A DNA stretch of 64,000 nt, taken from contig JAAOMT010000481.1 of NCBI GenBank assembly GCA_016748015.1, forward strand, positions 5,061-69,060, read 5' to 3'. The notes below the pieces were generated by a model that was given only the letters and a program-made list of their open reading frames with translations, was not told the DNA's origin and ran no database searches. A program made the position numbers and the translations under genes. Below are positions 26,635-37,149 of the stretch, piece after piece. Positions within the stretch are counted from its first letter, which is position 1, and each line of letters opens with the position of its first letter. The DNA is from Geosiphon pyriformis uo1 (Eukaryota > Fungi > Glomeromycota).

Positions 26635-26851
26635 TCGTGTTCCTTCATAGCCGTTGGTGAGCAATCTTCTTCATATTCGCAATATACTTTTGCAAAATTT
26701 ATGTCGCTATTCATTATCTCTCAAATAATCGCTTGTACACGCATCGCAGACGCTAAATAATGATTTTGCCTATTCCATACCTTTGGTGTCGATCCTATAT
26801 CTTTTAGATCCAAATTTGGGTTACTGGTTTGGTTATAGGGAGTACGTCGCC

Positions 26852-29305
26852 ATGGAAGAAGCTTTTTCGGACTCGGAATACTGCGATCCTTGTGACGTTG
26901 CCAAAGATTTCTGCCAACACGTTGACAAAAACATGACGGAGTGGGATCCGACAGAGTACGACTCACCGTACTGTGACCTGATACAAGCTTCCGGCTTTGG
27001 AAAGTCTCGACTGATGGTAGAGATCGGGAAAATTTTACCCATTTCGTATGTTTGTCTTCGCAAAGAAGACAGTGGCGGATATCCACCTCGTTGTCCAATT
27101 GCCGATATCTTGACCGGACAGAGAAAGCTTAACGATGGGACCGGACGAGATGCCGACATGGTCAAAGTATATGTTGCATATTTTTGTGCAATATTTGAGC
27201 GCATCCAGTTCTTTTTCCATGAAATGATCGCCGAAGGATTGGCGGAACGCTGGATCCAAAAACAAATTTCCAAAAAATCATCAAAGGTTTTTTGGTTCGC
27301 AGTGGAAGCGAAAATGAGAGAAATTATTGTACAGCTTCCGTCTTTGACTGCAAATGCGAATGGCCCCACATATTTCACAAAATTAAAAATGGTTGTGTCT
27401 AAATACTGGAAGTCAACGAGAACATGCTTGGAACGACCCTGGAGAATCGATGGTTATGAAGTCAAATCACGGTTCTTGTTTGTTTTTGACGAAGCAAGGA
27501 TCCTAAATGAAAAGAAAGGACAGACCTGGAGTAACTTCGAGTGGTTGCGATACGCCATGGGGACACTTCCTGTAAACGGTGATGGTGGAGGAGTGTTTTG
27601 TGTTTTCTTGGACACTACTTCCAAGATCCATAATTTCAGTTCATTTCGTCTGCAAGAAAAAGGACGCAAACTGTTTCCTCCATTCACTGAAGTCGCGTTT
27701 GTCGATCTTTCTGCCACAGACTCGCCGCAAACCTTGGCTGAATCAGCTCTACCACAGCACTTTTTTAAATTCGGAAGACCATTATGGACGGCTTTGCATA
27801 GATCTGGCCATCTCGCACCAGCCAACGTCATATCAATCGCGAGAAGCAAGCTAATCGGTGGCATGGATTACAACGGCTGGCTAGATAAGAAGAAGGGAGA
27901 ACGGATCAATGATCTGGAGTGCCTTGCAATTCTTGGTCCTCGTCTTTGTCTGGACATTGTTCCTCAAAGCGAATTGGCCTCAACACTTACTGTAAGCTAC
28001 ATGCGCCCTTGTTTCTTCATCAACGACACACGAACCACAATTTTATGCATAACAGAAGCTACAATCGCAGAAGCTTCAGCGCAAATCACCGGTGAGTCTG
28101 AAGGGGTTGGGTTGGTAAGAGTTCTGAATCCTCTCATAAACATGATGAAGGAAGGACTGGTCGAGAGAGGATACAGAGGAGAAGTGGTTGCGCGCCTTAT
28201 TTTGTTGCATGCGTGGGACCGTGCTTGTGGTGCATTGCAGTCGTTGAATAGCGAAGAGAGTTCGAATTGGTTTTCTCGTCCTATGCCTCTGGTACGCTAT
28301 CTGAGATATCTCCTTAATTATAATGTCTACTGCGAGGTAATTTCTAAGATGGCTGAAGACGACATTAAGAAGAAGTTGTTGAAGGCATATATTCGATTTA
28401 ACCATTTCGTTGCGATCACCTATACACCGCCTCCCGAACATATTCTTGAAACGCTTAAGCGCGGCATTGCTTTTGTCTGCAAGCGATATCAACAAGGGAC
28501 AGACTTAATCATTCCTTTGGTAATGGACATTGGGATTCATGACCTTATGACGTTAAACAATATTTCTTATGTTCTGGTCTCTGTGAAGAACTATCAAAAG
28601 AGCAAAGATAATAACTACTTCAATCCGTCAAATGTCGGAATCGAACAATTACCCACCTTGCCTTTCTTATCGCTATACATGCAATTCGGTGCTAACGTGG
28701 CAGGTGTAGATGAGGAATATCACTTCCCTCAAGTTGGTACAATCACTGGAACCACCGAGGCAAAGATAGTGGGGATTCAAAGGCGTGAAAAAAATGAAGG
28801 ATTTTCCGGGAGTTTGCTACGGAAACGGAAATGCGAGTCTAATTCTGAAGAGAAAAACAGCCATGAGCTTGCATACAGACATTGTTATCAGTTTGCAGTC
28901 GGATTGTTTGGTCTCACTGCATATGATTTTTTGCAGGAAAATGATAGCGGAAATCATTTGCTGAACACTGTTCGACGATTGCTAGTGGCTTGGCAGGATC
29001 CTGTCGATTGTCAAATGGATGAAAATGATCATTTTCTGCTTCTGCAGATGCAACCATTGGTGTATACGTCAGAAGAGCCTGCTATAAGTTCGCGATCCCA
29101 GTCGACCAGCCAGTCGACAACTCCCAGAGTGAAAACTAGTGTTCATCGTGAAATCGTAGAAACCGGAAGTTCTTTGACACCAGCCTCTTTTGATTCAATA
29201 GACCAAAAACTTATTCCTAATCAGCAGAAGCTTGAAACGGACATCGCACAAGCCATTGAAGAAGCCGAGAGGTACCTCCAGGAGAAAGCAACAAAGACAA
29301 CATAA
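26852..29305 (+). CDS. Crinkler/RHS-type P-loop NTPase + PD-(D/E)xK-like nuclease protein, copy A (817 aa from ATG 26852; the ORF track starts at TTG 26783)
   Basis: An uninterrupted ~2.5 kb frame. Walker A IQASGFGKSR, Walker B FLFVFDEAR, then VFLDTTS, LFPPF, FGRPLW, GYRGEVVARL, FNHF and GTDLIIP...VLVSVKN. It is clearly paralogous to 54948-58358. The family call is from motif recognition. Confidence 0.8.
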   Translation: MEEAFSDSEYCDPCDVAKDFCQHVDKNMTEWDPTEYDSPYCDLIQASGFGKSRLMVEIGKILPISYVCLRKEDSGGYPPRCPIADILTGQRKLNDGTGRDADMVKVYVAYFCAIFERIQFFFHEMIAEGLAERWIQKQISKKSSKVFWFAVEAKMREIIVQLPSLTANANGPTYFTKLKMVVSKYWKSTRTCLERPWRIDGYEVKSRFLFVFDEARILNEKKGQTWSNFEWLRYAMGTLPVNGDGGGVFCVFLDTTSKIHNFSSFRLQEKGRKLFPPFTEVAFVDLSATDSPQTLAESALPQHFFKFGRPLWTALHRSGHLAPANVISIARSKLIGGMDYNGWLDKKKGERINDLECLAILGPRLCLDIVPQSELASTLTVSYMRPCFFINDTRTTILCITEATIAEASAQITGESEGVGLVRVLNPLINMMKEGLVERGYRGEVVARLILLHAWDRACGALQSLNSEESSNWFSRPMPLVRYLRYLLNYNVYCEVISKMAEDDIKKKLLKAYIRFNHFVAITYTPPPEHILETLKRGIAFVCKRYQQGTDLIIPLVMDIGIHDLMTLNNISYVLVSVKNYQKSKDNNYFNPSNVGIEQLPTLPFLSLYMQFGANVAGVDEEYHFPQVGTITGTTEAKIVGIQRREKNEGFSGSLLRKRKCESNSEEKNSHELAYRHCYQFAVGLFGLTAYDFLQENDSGNHLLNTVRRLLVAWQDPVDCQMDENDHFLLLQMQPLVYTSEEPAISSRSQSTSQSTTPRVKTSVHREIVETGSSLTPASFDSIDQKLIPNQQKLETDIAQAIEEAERYLQEKATKTT

Positions 29306-31916
29306 GTTGTAGATGCTGTGTATTTCCAGACAGTTATTGGTGCAACTCAAAAATAAAGTCACTTTCAGTTTTAATATATATTACTTTAAAGCAGTTCTTA
29401 ATTGGTTGCCTATTCATTATTGGATTACCCGTATATGAAAAGTTCTAATAATAACAGTTTTTACCGAATGAAAAGGCAATATGTTTCTTGGATTTAGGTT
29501 GTGATTGTCGTTGCTCAAAAAGAATTCTAAAAGAAAAGTTTGCCAAATTACGTAAGGTATTTCAAGCTCTCTCTAGATCTAAACAAGATATATTTTTAAT
29601 ACCAGTTCAAACCAATAAATAGTGGAAAAATAACTGCCAGCCAATATGTTAAAAATAAAATGCATACTAAGCGAACATTTTACTACTGAGATCACAATAC
29701 ACTGCTTTGTCAGAAAACATATCTCAATATGTTGAAAAATATCAGAAATTATCTAACAACAAATAGCATAATACCATGCATTTATAGTAACATAAAATGA
29801 ATGCCATAATGAAAAACCAAGATAATTATTGATAAAATTGTTGCTACATGAAGAATCTTTTCAAAAATTATGTTAAAATACCTAAATTACCAAGTCCTGG
29901 TAGAAATTTTAACCAAATACTTGATTACTTATACTTTTTTCAGCTAAAATAAGTTATAAATTTTATTTATTATGATTTTATTACAGGTTACAAAAGCAAT
30001 AGCATGTTAAAATTGAAAAAATATTATATATTTCACAAGCTATAACATCAACTAATGCTTTATATTCAAATTATAAATCCAAAATGAATTATGTAATACA
30101 TGTTCACATTTTTGATATAAATTATAATACAATGACTACAAGAAAAAAAAGCAAAAAATCTACTAATAAAATATAAAAAACATCTGATTAAAGTTAAATT
30201 GAAGAAATAATTATAACAAAAATATAAAATTAGCAAAATAATAAAATAATTAGTAGATAAATATTTTATGATAAGAGATAAAGCTTATTATTATAGCATT
30301 AATATTATAGTTTATTATAGCTATAATTGAGATATAAATAAAATTTATTATTTTAGTCTATGTAAAGTATATTTATTTGGTATTTAAGTTAAGACAATAT
30401 GTAAACAAATTAATTATATTTTTGATAAAAACAAAATCATAAGAAAAAAATTTAATAGCATATTAAACATAATATTTAATAAAATTAAAAAATTGAATAA
30501 AAATAAAAAACATTTAAAAAATATTTTTGATAATATAAAAAAACAAAATAATAATAAAATTACCATTTGATTTTATTTATATTTAATAATTTGCAGCTAT
30601 TATAAAAGTATTGAAAAACTTATTAAAAATAACTATTCAGTTTACAAAAGTTTTAGCATTTTCTGTTTAGCAAAGCCAATTTTGATGTAATCAAAATTTA
30701 ATAGTTTTTTTTAGAAATTCAGATTTTTAAAAATTGGCAATTCAAAGTTTTAAAAAGTAAAAAAAACAAATTTTTTTATTTTCTGTGTTAGTGTTTTCTT
30801 TAAAAAAGTATAAAGACACAAATATCTTTATAATTATATTAAGCTTTTTTTTAAGATATATTTAAAAATTAAATAATATTTAATTAAGCAAATTAGTCAA
30901 CAAAAAAATTCTCTAATTAAATTAATTGCTAACAGAAATAAAATTTTGTTTTTTTTTGTTCAAAATATATTTATAAATTTGGTAAATTATTTTAACAATT
31001 TTTTAAAAACTTTAAAAAAAAACAAATATATTCAGTTTTAATTTAAAAAATGATGTAATAAATGCTTAAAAAAATTTATTTTTGATAATACTATTAAAAA
31101 AAATAGTTTTAACTTATGCTAAATTACAAAATAAAAAGAAAAAACATTTTGAAAAAATAATTTTAAGTATAAAAAACTTAAAGTGAATTTTAAACTTGAT
31201 ATTTCTTTTTTTTAACTAAAAAAATTCTGTTAACTTTACAAAAAAATTTAATTAATAAATTATTAGTCTTAAATACTATTTATAAAAAAAAGCTTATTTA
31301 GTAAAAAGCCAGCAATTATCAATGCAAAAAAAAATTTGCTAATTTTTTAATATAAAATTAATATATTAAAAATTAATAATAAAACTTAATTTCACTATTG
31401 AAAATAAATCAAAAATTATTTTTTTAATTTTAATTTATTAATAATAATTATTTTTTAATTATTTCTATTTATAATTATTAAAAACTTAATAAATATTATG
31501 TTATATTAAATTATAAGTATAATCAACATATTTAAAAAAATAATATCTATTATATATTATTATCAATATTAGTAATTTTAAAGATAAAAATTATGTTAAC
31601 ACTATAAAAATATAAACAAAAAGTTAATTTTATGTATTGAATAATAATATGTATTTATTTTGTTTAATTTTATTACAATATGTATTATTTTCTGAATATT
31701 AATTTTAAATTAAATATAATTTATGCATAATCTATATATAATTTAATATAAACTTAATTAAAGATAAATTATAATAAAAATTTATTATAAACAAATATTT
31801 TTATTTCTAATTATATTACCTATTTATTTACTAATAATTTTGGCAGTTAATTTAATTGAAAAAAACCATTATAGAATCTAATATATTATAATTAATAATA
31901 ATATTATTAATATATA

Positions 31917-31953
<37 letters not shown>

Positions 31954-32099
31954 ATTAAACAAAATTTGTTAATTTTCAAATTTACTTTGTAAAACTTATT
32001 ATTAAAAATTATAAGATTTTTTTAATTATAAAATACTTTTTTTTCAATTTAATATATAAAACAGAAAAAACATTAAGCAATTTAAAGATTAAAATAATC

Positions 32100-33500
32100 A
32101 AAGTATTAATAAATTTTATAATAAATTTAATTAATAAAACTAATACAACTAAGTTAAACTTTAAAAACACCAATTAAAAACCAATTTTAAAATTAATAGC
32201 AGTAAAAATAATTATAGATATAATAATAAGAAAAATTAATATTATAAAACTCTTAATATATAATTTAATATTAACAAAAAAAATTAAATCTTAGAATTAT
32301 TTATAGTTTTAAATAAAAACTTAAAAAAAAAATGAAACCATTTTATAATTTGTGACCAAATAATCTGAATTTTAATATTTATAACTATAATAATATTTAA
32401 GAATTTTTTATTAAATATAACTCTTATATAAAATATTAGTTTTAAAACTACAAGATTTAAAATCTTTAATAACTTAAAAATTATAACAGCAAAAAATTAA
32501 TAATAATAAAAATTAAGAAAATAAAGAATAAAAAAATTTTATTTATTAATTTGAAAAATCATATTACTAATTTTAAAATCTGTACAGCCAAAAAAATCGA
32601 CTAACTTGGTTTTAAAATTTTTTTTTAAGATAATATTTTTTTTTAAATAAACAAAAAATTTTTAAATTAAATAATAGCATATTTTTATAAGCTTATAAAT
32701 TTCAAATAAATAAAAAAACTTTATTAAAAACATTCAATGCATTTTTAATATTATTGAAATATATATTAAGAAAGATAATATAGAATACAACAAAAAAAAA
32801 GCACAAATCACGACAAAAAACTTTATAATTTTAAGTATAATTAGAAAAAAAATTATTAATAAAAATTTTAGTAACAATTAAGAAAACTTCAAAGACAAAA
32901 TTTATACAAAACAATTTATTATTATCTTTTAAAACTGATTTAAATTTAATATAATTAGATCTTAACTAAAACAAAAATTTAATAAAAGCAATATAATCTT
33001 AAAAATAATATCAAATATTAAAGTAAAAACTATTTATTTAAAAGATTTTTTATATCAAAAAATTGTTTTCTAAATATTATCAAAAGCAGTATTAAATAAC
33101 AAAAAAAAAATAATTAATTTGGTTTTTATTTAGTTATTTTAATTTTTAAGATTAAATAATCTAATAAATTGATTAATTAAAAACACACCTAAAAATATGT
33201 CTTGTTTTGCTTCTAAAACCAGCAATAATCTGTTAAAAAACATCATACTTAATAATATATATTGTTATTATTATTGTTTAAATTAAAAAAAATTAATTAT
33301 TATAATAAAGATTTTATTTAAAATCTTATTAAATACTTTAAAGCTTTTAAAAAAAATAAAAACAACACTAAAATTAATTCAAGTATGCTTTTTGAAAGAA
33401 TTTTAAGTAAAAAAAACTACCAATTAAATGAAAAAAATGCTTTAAAAATTGTTAAAACAGCTTTATATTATTAATATTTAAAGAATATATTTTTAAAATA
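32100..33500 (-). mobile_element. Strongly decayed copy of the LINE ORF1 at 37150-39330 (its counterpart in copy B is ~61150-62400)
   Basis: 'atcaaatattaaagtaaaaactatttatttaaaagatttttt...ttttctaaatattatcaaaagcagtatta' (33010-33093) aligns with 'accagacaccagagtagaggccacctatccagcaaactttt...tttcccaagcatcaccagaagcagtacta' (38572-38656), differing mainly by C>T/G>A. Confidence 0.65.
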
Positions 33501-34029
33501 TTTTGCTTAATTGTTTTTACAATAGAAAATAATTTTTTTGTTAAAATTTTGTTAATATTATAGAAAAAATAATATATAAAACTTTTTATTTTTGCTTTAA
33601 TTATAGTTATAAAAATAAAATAAAAAGGTTTTTTTAATTAAATTTTTATTTTATTGTTTTTATGTTTTATTATTTTTATTAATAAATTTTAAATATTAAT
33701 AAAATAATAATATTATTATTTAATACTTAATAAAATATAATTTAATTGTATTTTATAAATATAAAGATAAAACATTAATATTATATTTTAATAATTTATT
33801 TAAAATCAATTAACAAAATTTTATTATTATTAATATGTATATTTTAATATTATTTATTTAAAAACAACAATAAAGTAGTTAAAAATAAATAAAATTTATA
33901 TATTTTTTATATATAGTAAACTTTTTTATGGTTTTTTTTGGTTATAGTTATTATTTTTTATAATCACATTTTTTTAAAAACCAAAACTATTTATAAATAA
34001 TATTATCGTTTTATAGTTATTTTTACTAT

Positions 34030-35497
34030 ATATTTTTTTTTATAATGTTTATTTTTATAAACACAATTGCAAAATATAAGTAATTTTTATTTTTTATAAT
34101 CATATTGTGGCTCAAATGTTATTTTGTTTTAAATATTATTATGTAAAATATTTCAGATATTATAAAGTGTTTTTAATTATAAAAAATGCTCCAAATATTA
34201 TTTTAAAATGCCAACTCTATTTTGTATTTAAGTATTATAATAATAAGACTTATATTAATCTATTATTGTTTATTTTATTCATAAATTTATTATTATTAAT
34301 ATAATTCTAAAGATTATAATATGCTAATTATTGTAAAATAATATATTTTGCTTGGTCTTAGTGGTAAATATTAAATAATTGCTTAAGAATTTAATTAGCA
34401 TTACTATAATAATTGTTATAACTATTCAAAAGTAAATTACTATTGCCATATTAATTTTTAAGACTATTTAAAAATAAGTAAATTTAATTATTATTGTTGT
34501 ATTAATTATTATAGTTATTTAGAAATAAATAAATTTGATTTATATTAATATTAATTGTTATAGCTGTTTAGAGATAAGTAAAATAAATATTATTACAGTA
34601 TTGATTATTAAAGCTCTTTAAAAATAAATAAATCTGACTATTATTATTATATTAATTGTTAAAATTATTATTATTATATTAATTATTAAAACTGTCTAAA
34701 AATAAGTGAATTTGATTATTATTAATATATTAATTATCAAAACTGTTTAGAAGTAAATAAATCTGAATACTATTATAATATTAATTATCATATTACCAAT
34801 TTTATAAACAGAATTTATTGAAATTATAAACATATTATTAAGTGTTTTTAAAATAAAAAAATAAATTATTAAATATTTTTATTAGCTATAGTGTTTGGAT
34901 AATTAATATAGGTATTTTTGTGTTTAAAAAATTTGTAATATAATATTATACTATTTTTTATGCAATTATACAAGTATACAAAAAATCAAATTAACAGCTT
35001 TTATTATTAATTATCAATTGTAAATAAAAATAGACAAGAGACAAAAAGTATTACAAATATATTATAAAAATTAAATTTTTTTTACCAAAAATTTGTTATT
35101 TTTTATACTTAAAATTCTATAATTCATATGATTTTATTTGCAAAATAATATTAAAAAAAGTTTTTTATTATTAAGAAAATATTACAAAATTCAATTATTA
35201 TTATTAAGATATTAAAATATCATATATTTAAAATAAATTAATAATAGAAAATAATAAAACTAATTTGTTATTAAAAAACATAATTATACAAATCCAAATA
35301 TACTGTAAAATATAAAATATTAAGTATATTAAATTAAAATCTTTATTTTTATAATTTGAAGCATTTTTTATAATTTAAAATATTTTATATGTCAAATTAA
35401 ATATAAAGTATCTTAAATAATATTTAAAGCAAAACAATATTTGAGACACAATAGATATATTAATACACTATAAAAACAAAATATAATAAAAAGTATA
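34030..35497. mobile_element. Decayed non-autonomous element with long inverted ends and internal tandem repeats
   Basis: 34103-34200 (tattgtggctcaaatgttattttgttttaaatattatt...aattataaaaaatgctccaaat) matches the reverse complement of ~35352-35453. Internal iterations such as 'aattattaaaactgtctaaaaataagtgaatttgattattatt' occur at ~34400-34790. Confidence 0.5.
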
Positions 35498-35499
35498 TA

Positions 35500-36960
35500 A
35501 ACCAAAAACTATTGCTTTGTTCTTATAATATGCCAAAAAACACAAACCAAAAACAAGCAGCAGTTTTCTTAAAAACTAAAAAAAATTTTTGTTAATACAA
35601 ACTAAAACATTTTTATTACTTAATACAAACTAATTAAAATATTTAACCTAAAAATTAATCACTCTATTGTGACAAAAACACTTATAAAATTAAACTAATA
35701 ATTTAAAAAATATATATTTAACAACTTTGATTAATTAACAAAAGACAGAAAAAAAATGTTTCTAAAGATAAATAATATATTAAAAGAATAAATATTTAAA
35801 ATACTAATTATTAATTGTAATTTTATAAAAAAAATTTTACAAATAAATATATTTAAGTTTGCCCAAAAGTTTTTGAAAGAAAATAACTTTAAAACATTAA
35901 ATAATTGATTAGAAAAGTTTAAAAAATGACATAATTTGTATTATATTAAGATATATGACAAAGCAAACAGTGTTTTTTTAAAAATTTTACCAAAAAAATG
36001 AGAATAATTGTATAAAATTATCAGTAAATATAATCTAAATAATGTTTATAATACTAATAATATAAAATTATTCTTTAAAATATTATTAAATACAACTTTA
36101 ATAATAAGATCTACTTTTAATATCAAGCATAATAAAAGTCAGATTATTATACTTTTTGTTTATAATACAACAGATAGTATTAAGTTGCAGTTCTTATTTA
36201 TTGACAAAACTGCAAAGCTATAATTTTTTTACAATATTAACATAAATATACTTCTAATTACTTATTACTACAATATAAAAACATAAATGCAAACAGATAT
36301 TTTAATGAATAACTTAATATATTAAATAAAAAAATATGCTGTTAAAAAAAAGTTATTATTGCTCAATAATATTAGTTTTCATAATAAAAAATTTTCTATA
36401 TTATTTAATATTATGAATAAATATTTACTATTCAATACAACATTCGATTTACAATTATTAAATGTAAAAATTATTGTATTTTTTAAGACATAATATTAAA
36501 AGCTGTTTTTTTATTATTTTATTAATCAGTATAATAACAAAATTTCAGTATTGACAGTAATATTAAAAAATATAATTGACTTTTTAATTGATACATGGTT
36601 AACAGTAATAATAATTGCAATCCAAAACTGTTGATATTATACAGAAATTTTGGATAATAGCCAAATTTTAGTTTATCTATTAGATATTAAACAAAAACTT
36701 TTACAAAAAGTATAGATTCTTATTAAGCATGTTATTATTAACAAGCTGTTAGCAATAAACTTTATTAATATTAACAAATTCGAATTATTATTTACTTATA
36801 TCTTAGAAAATAAATTATGAATCTTATTAATAGCAAATATAATAGAAATTTTAATGCAAATGAAGATTTAAAAAGTAAAAATAAACTTATATTATTGCTA
36901 TCTATATATTAAAGTAAAATTGCACTTAAAGATATACTACATTATTGTAAAAAACAATAT
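35500..36960 (+). mobile_element. pogo/Tigger (CENP-B HTH + DDE_1) transposase relic
   Basis: FKTLNN*LEKFKK*HNLYYIKIYDKANS corresponds to FKASNGWLxxFKxRH...HGE. NVYNTNNIKLFF corresponds to NVYNADETGLF, and LLFNTTFDLQLLNVKII to LPPNTTSxLQPLDxGII. A possible 5' terminus is at ~33913 (tatagtaaac...). Confidence 0.8.
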
Positions 36961-37149
36961 AGTAAAAAGTTGGCTCAAATTTTCTTAAAACTTTAAGAAT
37001 ATGAATTCGTGATACTGTTTTTAAAGTTTAATAAAAAAAAAACAGCTGCAAATTTTTTTTTTATTTGCTTAACAAGTGCAGTCCAAAAACAATCTAGTAC
37101 TATACATCAAAAAAATGATCTAAACTAGATGTTAATCATGCATTTTCTA

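Larger units (their letters stand above)
23196..33891 (+). repeat. Segmental duplication, copy A (direct repeat of ~50900-62663)
   Basis: 23196-24308 aligns with 50900-51957. 26635-33891 aligns with 55655-62663. The segment between them in copy A is a Gypsy relic. Confidence 0.9.

Noticed and set aside
26499-26714. 71-aa ORF containing YFDD as a stand-alone RT gene
   Set aside because: It is a chimeric frame across the junction between the gene's intron (antisense) and the Gypsy relic.
26783-26851. TTG start given by the ORF track (also 55803)
   Set aside because: This is a eukaryotic locus, and the TTG lies upstream of the CTTTTAG acceptor, inside the predicted intron.
26721-28495. Antisense ORFs conserved in both duplicates (also 55741-57620), e.g. 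as antitoxin genes
   Set aside because: They are shadow frames of a GC-richer coding strand. Their conservation is explained by the recent duplication, their end points differ between copies, and they have no motifs.
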